The position numbers and the translations under genes are program-made. A stretch of 64,000 nucleotides of DNA from Burkholderiales bacterium (GTDB lineage: Bacteria; Pseudomonadota; Gammaproteobacteria; Burkholderiales; SG8-41), in NCBI GenBank assembly GCA_035626595.1, contig DASPNJ010000083.1, positions 12,795 to 76,794 of the forward strand, in the 5' to 3' direction. Below, one piece after another: positions 17,505-26,074 of the stretch; the first letter of the stretch is position 1, and each line of letters begins with the position of its first letter. The notes under the pieces are model-generated. The model was not told where the DNA came from. It ran no database searches and saw only the letters and a program-made list of their open reading frames with translations.

Positions 17505-17528
17505 GGTGCGCTATCAGCGCACCCTACG
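17505..17528 (+). repeat. REP family A copy
   Basis: GGTGCGCTATCAGCGCACCCTACG, a direct repeat of 17166-17189, ending 6 nt before the VOC stop codon. Confidence 0.9.
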
Positions 17529-17534
17529 ACACTG

Positions 17535-18026
17535 CTAGTTCTCGCGAGGCCGCGTGAATTCGATCGGCTTGTCGTCGTCGCCGCGGCCCTGCCTGAAGAT
17601 CTCCTTCACGTTGGGCCGCTCCCAGACGATCTCGAGCAGGTTGTCGTCGGGATCGTAGAAATAGACGCTTTTCTGGCTCGTGTGGTCGATCGCCTTGTGG
17701 ATCGACACGCCCGCGTCCTTGAGCGCGAAGTAGGCGCGCGTGAGATCTTCCTCGGTCTCGACGGCGAACGCGGTGTGCTTGACCCCGAGACCCTCTCTCG
17801 AACCGATCGCCGGTTTCGGCTGCGGACAGGCGTCCGGCGCGCTGCTCGCAAAAAGGTCGAGCGTGTTGCCGTGCTCGCCGAGCGAGAGGAACACGCCGCC
17901 ATGATCGGGATCCTGCTCGAGCACCTGGAAACCGAGGAGCCCGGTATAGAACGCCTTCGATTTTTCGAGATCGCGAACCGTGAGCAGGATGTGGCCGATG
18001 CGCTGCAGCTTGATCATCGGCGGCAA
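17535..18026 (-). CDS. VOC (glyoxalase/bleomycin resistance/extradiol dioxygenase) family protein
   Basis: IGHILLTVRDLEKSKAFYTGLLGFQV ... HTAFAVE ... YFYDPDDNLLEI. Confidence 0.85.
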   Translation of the reverse strand: MPPMIKLQRIGHILLTVRDLEKSKAFYTGLLGFQVLEQDPDHGGVFLSLGEHGNTLDLFASSAPDACPQPKPAIGSREGLGVKHTAFAVETEEDLTRAYFALKDAGVSIHKAIDHTSQKSVYFYDPDDNLLEIVWERPNVKEIFRQGRGDDDKPIEFTRPREN

Positions 18027-18030
18027 GCGC

Positions 18031-18867
18031 CTAATCGAAAAACGCGAACGTCCGCGTTTCGATGCTCTCGCGTGGCGGCGCGTCCGCCGGCGTATCCGGA
18101 TCGTCGAACGCGCTGTGGGCGGTGAAGCGCGAAGGCTTCGTCGTGTCCGAGTCGAAAACCTTGAACACCAGCGCCTCGTCCCGCGTCATCCGCGGGAACC
18201 AGTACCACTGGTGCGCGGGGTTGTGCGCGATGTGATAGACCTCGCCGGTGCGGTATTTGTAGCGCCGCTCCACTTTGATGAATCCCTGCTGCGGGATGCT
18301 GCGCCCGTCGCAGATACCGAGCGGATCGATCATCACGGGCCCGCGGATCGGCCGCCACACCTGGATGATGGCCCAGCGCTTTTTCATCCGCCGCTCGGCT
18401 TCGGCCTCGCCGACGATCTCGCGCAGCCGCACCGGCGCTGAAGCCTCCGTGTAATCGTTGTGCACGCCCTTCACCGTCGGGCGCGCGCCCGAGACGCGCT
18501 GCGATTCGTCATCGGTAATGCGAATCGTATGGTCGAAGACCACGACGTCGGACGCGCCGGCATGCTTCTTGATCAGCGCCTGCACCTCCGGGTCGTACAC
18601 CCGCGTGCGCTCGGCTTCGTCGGCGAAGTCCTTCACCTGCGTGCGGTGCTCGACGAACACGAACCCGTGCGTGTCGATATCGAACGTGTGCGCGAGCGGG
18701 CGGCCGTTATGCACCACCATCTCGCGCAGCTCGTATTCCGGCGGCACCGCGTTGTGCTCCATCTCGGGCCAGTCGATGTACCGGATCGCCGGCCGGCCCG
18801 TCGGAATCACGTAGTTGAATTGGGCGCGGACGGTATCCGTGGACGGCTTCTCGGCAACGGCGTGCAT
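18031..18867 (-). CDS. CmcJ/NvfI (AsaB)-type non-haem iron oxygenase family protein
   Basis: GVHNDYT (HxD), NPAHQWYWFPRMTRDEALVFKVFDSD, FTAHSAFDDP ... PRESIETRTFAFF. These match the family pattern as I remember it. Confidence 0.65.
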   Translation of the reverse strand: MHAVAEKPSTDTVRAQFNYVIPTGRPAIRYIDWPEMEHNAVPPEYELREMVVHNGRPLAHTFDIDTHGFVFVEHRTQVKDFADEAERTRVYDPEVQALIKKHAGASDVVVFDHTIRITDDESQRVSGARPTVKGVHNDYTEASAPVRLREIVGEAEAERRMKKRWAIIQVWRPIRGPVMIDPLGICDGRSIPQQGFIKVERRYKYRTGEVYHIAHNPAHQWYWFPRMTRDEALVFKVFDSDTTKPSRFTAHSAFDDPDTPADAPPRESIETRTFAFFD

Positions 18868-18877
18868 GTGAGACCTC

Positions 18878-19711
18878 CTACATGGGAACTTCGCCGCGCA
18901 CCAGCACGCGGTAGAGCAGACGGTATTCGTCCGGATCGTAATCGAAATGCGCCTTGTGCATCGCCGCCCGGTTGTCCCAGATCAGCATGTCGCCCTTGCG
19001 CCACTGGTGCCGGTAGATGAAATCCGGCCGCACCGAGTGCTCGAGCAGATCTTTAAGCAGGGCCTGCGACTCCTGCGGGCCCATGCCGACGATGTTCTCG
19101 GCTTTCACGGGATGGAAATACAGCGCCTTTTTGCCGTTGTCCGGGTGCGTGCGCACCAGCGGCTGGAGCACCGGCACGGGCTTCAACGCCGCCTGGGCGT
19201 CCGCGGACTGACCTGAATACGTATCCGACGCGCTCCCCTGGAAGACGTTCACCGTCTTCATCCCGGCGATCCGCTGCCGGGTCGTCTGGGGCAGGGCCTC
19301 GTAGCCGGCGCGCATATTTACGATGGCGGTATCGCCGCCGGAGGACGGCAGGTGCACGGCATAAAGACAGGTGTACTTGGGCGGCCGGACGTGATTCGTG
19401 TGGTCGGTGTGCCAGCCCGCACCGTGCTTAACCCGCTTGCCCGTCTTGTCTTTGTGCCGGTTCGAGACCTCGTGCACCAGGGGGCAGTCGGGCAGCGCGT
19501 ACTGGGTGAAGTGCTGCTCCATCGGCTCGCCGAACAGCGAGACCGCCGCCAGATATTCTTTGGGCGTAAAATCCTGCCCGCGGACGACGAGCGCGACATG
19601 CTCGACCACCGCCTCATTCAGGCGGCGGCGAGTCTCCGGGTCCACCGGCAAGCGAAGATCGAGGCCAGTCACCTCAGCGCCGATGTAGGGCGTGAGCCGC
19701 GTTAACTGCAT
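18878..19711 (-). CDS. TauD/TfdA family Fe(II)/2-oxoglutarate dioxygenase
   Basis: IGAEVTGLDL ... GAGWHTDHT (HxD) ... DMLIWDNRAAMH. Confidence 0.9.
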   Translation of the reverse strand: MQLTRLTPYIGAEVTGLDLRLPVDPETRRRLNEAVVEHVALVVRGQDFTPKEYLAAVSLFGEPMEQHFTQYALPDCPLVHEVSNRHKDKTGKRVKHGAGWHTDHTNHVRPPKYTCLYAVHLPSSGGDTAIVNMRAGYEALPQTTRQRIAGMKTVNVFQGSASDTYSGQSADAQAALKPVPVLQPLVRTHPDNGKKALYFHPVKAENIVGMGPQESQALLKDLLEHSVRPDFIYRHQWRKGDMLIWDNRAAMHKAHFDYDPDEYRLLYRVLVRGEVPM

Positions 19712-19755
19712 TGCGTTGCGTCCTTTTTCACCGAGGAAAAAAGGTACACGTCTTT

Positions 19756-20667
19756 ATGCGCTCGCTCAAGCTACGCATCACTCTGTTCATTCTGCTGCAG
19801 ACGATCTCGCTCGCCGCAGCCGGCGCCGCGTCCGTCCCGGACAAGATCGTCGAGGAAGTCGTAAAGCAGAAGGCGATCTACGACAGCCGCGGCGCCGAAA
19901 GGCCCGACGGCTACGTGATCGACCGTTCGCTCACGTCGTATGCCGATCTGCTGCCGGCGGAGTTTCACAAGCAGCTTTCGACCCTGGGACCGCAGGACCG
20001 CTGGCTCGACATCGGCGCCGGCGAAGGCCGCGCGGTGCTCGACTATGCGACGGCGAAATCCGATGTGCAGCCTGCATCGCTCACGGAGCGCGCGAGAGCG
20101 CGCACGACGGCGATCTCGATCGAGGACCGCCGCACCGCGCGCTGGCACGAGGCGTCGGCGAGCCTCGCACCGAAGCAGATCGAGTATCTGTTCGGGCGCA
20201 CGTTCAGCGAATACTCGGCCGAAGAGCTCGGGCAGTTCCAGATCATCACGGACGTGATCGGCGCGTTCTCGTACACGCAATCGATCACGCGCTTCATGGA
20301 CAAGGCGCTCGGCACACTGGCGCTGAACGGAAGCCTCTTCACGGTGCTGCAGGACGTAGGCTGGGAAGCCGGCACGAACAAGCCGCATTACCCGAACGCG
20401 CCGTTCCTCACCGAGATCAGGAAAGCCGACGGCTCCGACATGAAGATCTGCCAGTGGCTGAAGAGCATCGGCTGCGTGCAGGTCACCTGCGAGGCGAAGA
20501 CCGGCTTCGTGCCGCCGATCGAGGTGTACCACGTGCGCAAAGTCTGCGATAAGGTGACCATCCCCGATCTCGCGCTCGAGCACTTCGAAGCCGGCACGCC
20601 GCCGGAGCGGCGCTTCGTCATGAAAGGCGCTGCGAACCCCGTCATCAAAACCGGCGAAGTGCGTTAA
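19756..20667 (+). CDS. Signal-peptide-bearing class I SAM-methyltransferase-like protein
   Basis: MRSLKLRITLFILLQTISLAAAGAAS looks like a Sec signal. WLDIGAGEGRAVLDY resembles SAM motif I. Start chosen at the second ATG; the ORF opens at 19711. Confidence 0.5.
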   Translation: MRSLKLRITLFILLQTISLAAAGAASVPDKIVEEVVKQKAIYDSRGAERPDGYVIDRSLTSYADLLPAEFHKQLSTLGPQDRWLDIGAGEGRAVLDYATAKSDVQPASLTERARARTTAISIEDRRTARWHEASASLAPKQIEYLFGRTFSEYSAEELGQFQIITDVIGAFSYTQSITRFMDKALGTLALNGSLFTVLQDVGWEAGTNKPHYPNAPFLTEIRKADGSDMKICQWLKSIGCVQVTCEAKTGFVPPIEVYHVRKVCDKVTIPDLALEHFEAGTPPERRFVMKGAANPVIKTGEVR

Positions 20668-20697
20668 CGCTGTAAGTCGCAGATCCGTAGATCGTTG

Positions 20698-20759
20698 CCC
20701 CCGCGCAGGCGGGGGTCCAGCCGATACGTGCTCTAAATTCCCGCCTCCGCGGGAATGAC
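20698..20759. repeat. Family B hairpin pair (CCCCCGCGCAGGCGGGGGTCCAG and, inverted, ATTCCCGCCTCCGCGGGAATGAC)
   Basis: Read directly. Lies between convergent stops 20667 and 20794. Confidence 0.8.
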
Positions 20760-20793
20760 GAAAGATACTGCGAGCCCGAAGGCGAGCGCCGTC

Positions 20794-21774
20794 CTAGTTC
20801 GGCTCCAGCCCGACGGCCTTCACCACTTTCGCCCAGCGTGCGATTTCGGACGTGTACATGCGGCCGAACTCGTCCGGCGTGCTGCCGACGACGTCGAGTC
20901 CCTGATTGAGCATCAGCTTGCGGGTGTCGGACTCGGTGAGCGCCTTGGCGACGACCTCCTGGATTTTGACCGCGATCGCCTTGTCCATGCCGCCCGGCGC
21001 GAAGAGCGCGTACCAGTTTTCGTAGCCGTAGCCCGGCACACCCTGCTCCGCCACCGTCGGCATCTCCGGTAACGCCGGCGAACGTTTGAAACCGACGGTA
21101 CCGAGCGCGCGGAGCTTTCCTGTGGTGAAGAACGGACGCGTCGAGATAACGCTCGCGATCGTGGTCGCGATGCGCCCCGCGACCGTGTCGGTAATGCTCG
21201 GCGCGGTGCCCTTGTACGGCACGTGCGTCATCTTGATGCCGGTCATCTGCGCCAGCATCGCCATCGCGAGGTGCTGGCCGGATCCCTGCCCCGACGACGA
21301 ATAGAAGAGCTCCCCGGGCCGCGATTTCGCGAACGCAACCAGCCCCTTCACGTTCTTCGCCGGCACCGACGGATGCACCACCAGCACGCCCGGCGAGATG
21401 ACCGCCAGCGTCACCGGGAGCAGGTCTTTGTGCGGGTTGTAGTTGAGCTTCATGATGCTCGGCGTGATCGTGATGCCCGATGAGGTCATCAGCAGGGTGT
21501 AACCGTCGGGCGGCGCTTTCGCCACGAGATCCGCCGCGAGCGTGCCGCCCGCGCCGGGCCGGTTGTCCGCGACCACCGACTGCCCCCACGCCTGGTTGAG
21601 CTTCTGCGCGATGAAGCGGCCGGTGGTATCGACGCCGCCGCCGGGCGCGAGCGCGATGACCATACGGATCGATTTCGTGGGGTAATTCGCGGCCTGCGCA
21701 TACACCGAGCCGGCGCAAACCGCCAGCGCCGCGCCGCCCAGCGCTTTCGTGATGCTGATAGCTGATGCGTTCAT
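20794..21774 (-). CDS. Bug family (TctC-like) substrate-binding protein
   Basis: Signal peptide, then YPTKSIRMVIALAPGGGVD ... VADNRPGAGG ... VPYKGTAP. GAGGAGG lies 5 nt upstream of the ATG at 21774. Confidence 0.9.
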   Translation of the reverse strand: MNASAISITKALGGAALAVCAGSVYAQAANYPTKSIRMVIALAPGGGVDTTGRFIAQKLNQAWGQSVVADNRPGAGGTLAADLVAKAPPDGYTLLMTSSGITITPSIMKLNYNPHKDLLPVTLAVISPGVLVVHPSVPAKNVKGLVAFAKSRPGELFYSSSGQGSGQHLAMAMLAQMTGIKMTHVPYKGTAPSITDTVAGRIATTIASVISTRPFFTTGKLRALGTVGFKRSPALPEMPTVAEQGVPGYGYENWYALFAPGGMDKAIAVKIQEVVAKALTESDTRKLMLNQGLDVVGSTPDEFGRMYTSEIARWAKVVKAVGLEPN

Positions 21775-21871
21775 CCGTTCCTCCTCGCTATTATTCGGAA
21801 ATCGCCGGGCCGCATTATCCATCACAACCGGCGTGAGCAGCATCTCTCACACACTCTTTTCGGGACATCCA

Positions 21872-22972
21872 ATGAAGATCGAGCGAGTCGAAACATTCGG
21901 CGTGGCGATGCCGCTCACGGGCACGTTCACGAGCGCGGGCGTCTCCAAGAACGCGACGAAATGCGTGGTCGTCCGGCTGACCGCATCCGATGGCACGATC
22001 GGCGTGAGCAGCATCGACCCGTCGAGCACCGCGAAGTCGCCCCACACCGGACCGGAGCTCGCCGCGGCGATCCGCGAGCGGATCACGCCCGCGATCATCG
22101 GACGCGATCCGACGAACGTGAACGCGATGGTCGAGCTGCTGGATGAGCTCGCGCCGACGCAGCCCGGCGCCGGCGCGGCGATCGAAATGGCCTGCATCGA
22201 GCTCACGTGCCGCAGCCTCGGCATCCCGCTGCATACGTATCTGGGCGGCGCCGTCGCCGACAGCGTGCTGTTCAACGGCTGGATCGGCGAGCTGCCCGCC
22301 GCCGAGGCCGCGGCCGAAGCGAAGCGCTGGCGCGACGCCGGGTTCAAATCCGCGAAGATCAAGGTCGGCAGCGGGGTGGAAAAGGATCATGACCGCATTG
22401 CCGCGGTGCGCGAAGCGGTCGGCGGCTCGATGAAGCTGCGCATCGACGCGAACATGCAGTACGACGCGGAGACTTCGCTCAAGCTCTGCAAGCTGGTGAA
22501 GCGCTACGACCTGCAGCTCTTCGAGCAGCCCGCGCCCAAGGCGGACCTCGCCGGGCTCGCGCGCGTGCGCCGCGAAGGCGGCATCCCGGTGATGGCGGAC
22601 GAGTCGATCAGCGACCACCAGAGCCTGCTCGCGGTGATCAAGGCCGAGTGCGCGGACTACGTCAAATTCGGCATCAAGCAGGCCGGCGGCATCCTGAAGG
22701 CGCAGCGCATGCTCGCGACGGCCGAGGCTGCCGGGCTGCCAGTCGTCATCGGTCACGGCTTCGGCCTCGACCTCAGCACGATGGCCGAGATCATGCTCTC
22801 GGCGACTTCGCGCAACGTGCTGCCGGGGCTCGAGTGCGTGGGCCCGCTCAAGATGACCGACACCGTCGCCACCACCCGTCTCGACATCTCGAAGGGCATG
22901 CTGCCGCTACCGCCGGGGCCGGGTCTGAGCATTGCTCTCGACGAACGCAAGCTCGAGCAGTATCGGTTCTAG
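21872..22972 (+). CDS. Enolase-superfamily enzyme (mandelate racemase / muconate lactonizing enzyme family)
   Basis: MKIERVETFGVAMPL ... KSAKIKVG ... LRIDANMQYD ... LFEQP ... VMADES. Confidence 0.85.
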   Translation: MKIERVETFGVAMPLTGTFTSAGVSKNATKCVVVRLTASDGTIGVSSIDPSSTAKSPHTGPELAAAIRERITPAIIGRDPTNVNAMVELLDELAPTQPGAGAAIEMACIELTCRSLGIPLHTYLGGAVADSVLFNGWIGELPAAEAAAEAKRWRDAGFKSAKIKVGSGVEKDHDRIAAVREAVGGSMKLRIDANMQYDAETSLKLCKLVKRYDLQLFEQPAPKADLAGLARVRREGGIPVMADESISDHQSLLAVIKAECADYVKFGIKQAGGILKAQRMLATAEAAGLPVVIGHGFGLDLSTMAEIMLSATSRNVLPGLECVGPLKMTDTVATTRLDISKGMLPLPPGPGLSIALDERKLEQYRF

Positions 22973-22980
22973 GACGCGAC

Positions 22981-23694
22981 ATGGCAGACACGAGCGATTT
23001 CAGAGTCATGACATCGGGTGCGTTCACCGCAGCGCATCTGGAGCTCCTTCCGCAGCTCGAACGGCTGACGCAGAAAAAAGTCGTGACGGTGACGACTTCG
23101 GTCGGCACCGGAGACACGTCGATCCCGAACCGGCTGAAGCGCGGCGAGATCGCCGATATCGTGATCGTCTCGGACGGGCTTCAGCGCGAGCTTCTGGAGC
23201 AAGGGTTCGTGTTGAAGGCGGGCCACACGCCGCTCGCCCGCTCCACGATCGGTGTCGCCGTTCGCGCAGGCGCACCGAAGCCCGACCTCACCTCGACGGA
23301 GGGGCTGAAACGCGCGTTCCTCTCCGCGAAAACGATCGCGTACTCGGCCAGCGTGAGCGGCCAGTACCTGACGACCGAGCTCTATCAGCGCCTCGGTATC
23401 GCCGAGGAGTGTCTGCCGAAGAGCAAATTCGTCGGCGGCGGGGAGCGCACCGGCGCGGTCGTCGCGCGCGGCGAGGCCGATATCGCCTTTCAGCAGATGA
23501 GCGAGCTCCTGCCGGTGCCCGGCATCGCGCACATCACGCCGCTGCCGCCGGAGCTACAGAAGGTGACGCTGTTCTCCGCGGCCGTCGGCGCCAACAGCCC
23601 GCAGCCGGATCTCGCGCGCACCGTCATCGCCTTCCTCGCGTCGGCCGAAGCGGCCCCGGCGATCGCGAAGACCGGCCTCGAACCGCTGTGCTAG
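22981..23694 (+). CDS. Periplasmic-binding-protein-fold (ModA/PBP2-like) protein without a signal peptide
   Basis: 237 aa: RVMTSGAFTAAHLELLP ... ADIVIVSD ... AYSASVSGQY ... GEADIAFQQMSEL. The N-terminus (MADTSDF) is polar, not a leader. Confidence 0.5.
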   Translation: MADTSDFRVMTSGAFTAAHLELLPQLERLTQKKVVTVTTSVGTGDTSIPNRLKRGEIADIVIVSDGLQRELLEQGFVLKAGHTPLARSTIGVAVRAGAPKPDLTSTEGLKRAFLSAKTIAYSASVSGQYLTTELYQRLGIAEECLPKSKFVGGGERTGAVVARGEADIAFQQMSELLPVPGIAHITPLPPELQKVTLFSAAVGANSPQPDLARTVIAFLASAEAAPAIAKTGLEPLC

Positions 23695-23703
23695 CGAACG
23701 AGT

Positions 23704-23752
23704 GTCATCGCGAGGAGCGGCAATGCGCGACGCGGCGATCGCGTGGCGCACG
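23704..23752 (-). repeat. Family C element, half copy
   Basis: GTCATCGCGAGGAGCGGCAATGCGCGACGCGGCGATCGCGTGGCGCACG matches one arm of 8280-8388. Confidence 0.7.
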
Positions 23753-23767
23753 TAAGCAGTTCAAACC

Positions 23768-25117
23768 ATGACCGTCGCCCGCGACCTCGCCGTTTTCGTC
23801 ACGCGTCAGACCACTGCGGCTCTCCCGCCGCAGGCGATGGAGTACGCGCAGATGCTCATCGCGAGCACCATCGCGAGCGCGGCGCTCGGCTCGACCCTCG
23901 AGTCTTCCAAGATCGTGCGAGCGCTGGAGACGGAGCGCGGCGGCACGCCGGAGGCGACCGCCTGGTTCGGCGCAGCGGAGAAGCTGCCGGTCGTCGCGGC
24001 GGCACGCATCAACGCGGTCATGAGCGATGCGGCGGCGTCCGACGACAGCGACTTGAGGAATATCGTGCATGCCGGCACCACGGCATGCGCGAGCGCACTC
24101 GCTGTCGCGGAAAAGACGGGCGCGAGCGGCGAGGACGTTCTCGCCGCGATCGTCCTCGGTTACGAAATCGCCGGCCGCGTGAACGGCGCGATGATCGGCG
24201 GCCTGCAGGCGAAGGGCTTCCATGGCTGCATCATCGCGAGCTTTGCCGGCGCGGTCGCGGCGGCACGGCTGATGAAGCTCACCGAGGCGCAGACCGCGCA
24301 CGCGATCGCGCTCTGCGCCACGTCCATGGGCGGCCTGCACGCGGCCGCCAAGACCAGCGTCGCACGGGAATATCACGCAGGTCTTGCCGCGATGCTGGGC
24401 GTAAATGCCGCACAGGCGGCGGGCAAGGGATTCATCGCGGAGGAAACGATCCTCGAAACAAGGGGCGGCTTTCTGGCCGTCTACGGCAACCGACCGGACG
24501 AAGCCGAGCTCACGCGCGAGCTCGGCAACCGCTGGAGCATTCTCACGGACATGGGCATCAAGCTCGTGCCCGGCGGTCACCCGCACCACGCGATCGCGGA
24601 AGCGGCGGCCAATGCCGCCCGTGACGGTAACGTCTCGCCGGATGAAGTCGAGGCGATCACGGTCTCGCGCCCGGGTTACACCGAGCTCGGCGGACCCCAG
24701 TTTCCGAGCGATCTGATCGGCGTCGCCCACAGCCCCGCGTATTTCGCCGCCGCAGGCGTCGCGGACCGCGCCTTTTCGTGGGCGCACGCGTTCGAAGGCA
24801 AGATCAACGATCCGCGGATTCGCGGGCTGCTCGGGAAAGTGCGCGCGGCGCCGCCGCCGACGGAGAACGTCGCGCGATACAAGTCCGGTGCGACCGTGAC
24901 CATCACGACGCGCGATGGCCGCAGGCACACGAGCACCGTGTATGCCCCGCGCGGGGCGGCGATCCTCGGCATCGCATGGGACGACATCGAAGCCAAGTAC
25001 CGCGCGCTGGCGCCCTACGCGAAATTCACCGGCGACAATCTCGAAGCGAGCCTGAAAGTGATCCGGGATTTTCACCACGTGCCGAATGTTTCGGCGCTGA
25101 CAACCCTGCTCCGCTAG
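23768..25117 (+). CDS. MmgE/PrpD family protein (2-methylcitrate dehydratase-like)
   Basis: 449 aa: ARDLAVFV...ALPPQAMEYAQMLIASTIASA. Length and pattern are typical of PrpD-fold proteins. Confidence 0.8.
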   Translation: MTVARDLAVFVTRQTTAALPPQAMEYAQMLIASTIASAALGSTLESSKIVRALETERGGTPEATAWFGAAEKLPVVAAARINAVMSDAAASDDSDLRNIVHAGTTACASALAVAEKTGASGEDVLAAIVLGYEIAGRVNGAMIGGLQAKGFHGCIIASFAGAVAAARLMKLTEAQTAHAIALCATSMGGLHAAAKTSVAREYHAGLAAMLGVNAAQAAGKGFIAEETILETRGGFLAVYGNRPDEAELTRELGNRWSILTDMGIKLVPGGHPHHAIAEAAANAARDGNVSPDEVEAITVSRPGYTELGGPQFPSDLIGVAHSPAYFAAAGVADRAFSWAHAFEGKINDPRIRGLLGKVRAAPPPTENVARYKSGATVTITTRDGRRHTSTVYAPRGAAILGIAWDDIEAKYRALAPYAKFTGDNLEASLKVIRDFHHVPNVSALTTLLR

Positions 25118-25135
25118 CGACGGCCGGAGCTGCAA

Positions 25136-26074
25136 ATGCACTCGACGCGTATCGCAACGTTGCTGCTGGCCCTCGCCGTGATGGTCGGCGGCTGCACACG
25201 ACCGCCCCCGCTAGAGCAGGCGCCGGTCACGGCGAAGACGGTGGAGGATCTGCAGGGCTACCTGCTCAAGCAGAAGCCCGACGTCGGCGTTTTCAGATTG
25301 CGCGGGCCGTTCAAAGTCGAAACGCTGAAGAACCACGTGCTGCGCGTGTCTCCGACGGATCGCATCGTGACGGATCTCTTCCTCACGACCGCGCCGGAGA
25401 AAGCCGGTGTCGTCATCTTCATGCACGGCTACGACGTTTCCAAGGAAGCACACGAATATCAGGCGGCGCACATGGCCTCGTGGGGCCTGCACGCAATTAC
25501 GGTGCAGTTGCCGAAGCGCAGTCAGTGGATGTCGAACGGCAGAATGCTCGCGCGCATCACGGCGCTGCTGCATAGGCTGCCGGCGATCGTCAGCAATCGC
25601 ATCGACGGCAACAAGATCATCCTCGTCGGGCACTCGTTCGGCGCCACCTCGGTCGCCGTCGCGCTCGGCGAGGGCGCGCCCGCCATGGGCGGCATCCTGC
25701 TCGACCCGGCGGCTATCGGCAGGGACCTGCCCAAGCTGCTGCAGCGCGTGACCAAACCGGTCATCGTGCTGGGCGCCGACGAGACAGTCGACGTGACGCG
25801 CAATCGGGACTGGTTCTACCGCTTCGTCCGCGGCAGCATCGCTGAGGTTTCGATACGCAATGCCTCGCATGAAGACGCCCAGTATCCTTCGCAGAGCTCG
25901 CTGGACAATTTCGGGATCGATCCCTACACGAGCGAGGAAGCGCAGATGATGTTTTCCGCGGCGATCGTGTCGGCTGCGCTGAGCCTCTCGGCGACCGGCG
26001 GCTTCGAGCAGGCCTGGTCGACGTTCGCGCCCGCCATCCAGACCGGACAGCTGTTCAACGCGAGGAAAAAATGA
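25136..26074 (+). CDS. Lipoprotein alpha/beta hydrolase
   Basis: Lipobox LAVMVGGC near the N-terminus and nucleophile elbow LVGHSFGA. Confidence 0.7.
   Translation: MHSTRIATLLLALAVMVGGCTRPPPLEQAPVTAKTVEDLQGYLLKQKPDVGVFRLRGPFKVETLKNHVLRVSPTDRIVTDLFLTTAPEKAGVVIFMHGYDVSKEAHEYQAAHMASWGLHAITVQLPKRSQWMSNGRMLARITALLHRLPAIVSNRIDGNKIILVGHSFGATSVAVALGEGAPAMGGILLDPAAIGRDLPKLLQRVTKPVIVLGADETVDVTRNRDWFYRFVRGSIAEVSIRNASHEDAQYPSQSSLDNFGIDPYTSEEAQMMFSAAIVSAALSLSATGGFEQAWSTFAPAIQTGQLFNARKK

Noticed and set aside
17281-17538. 85-aa ORF inside the 17.3-kb gene-free island
   Set aside because: It lies on one arm and the return arm of the long hairpin and ends in a REP copy. Its composition is Arg/Gly/Ala-rich, with no SD.
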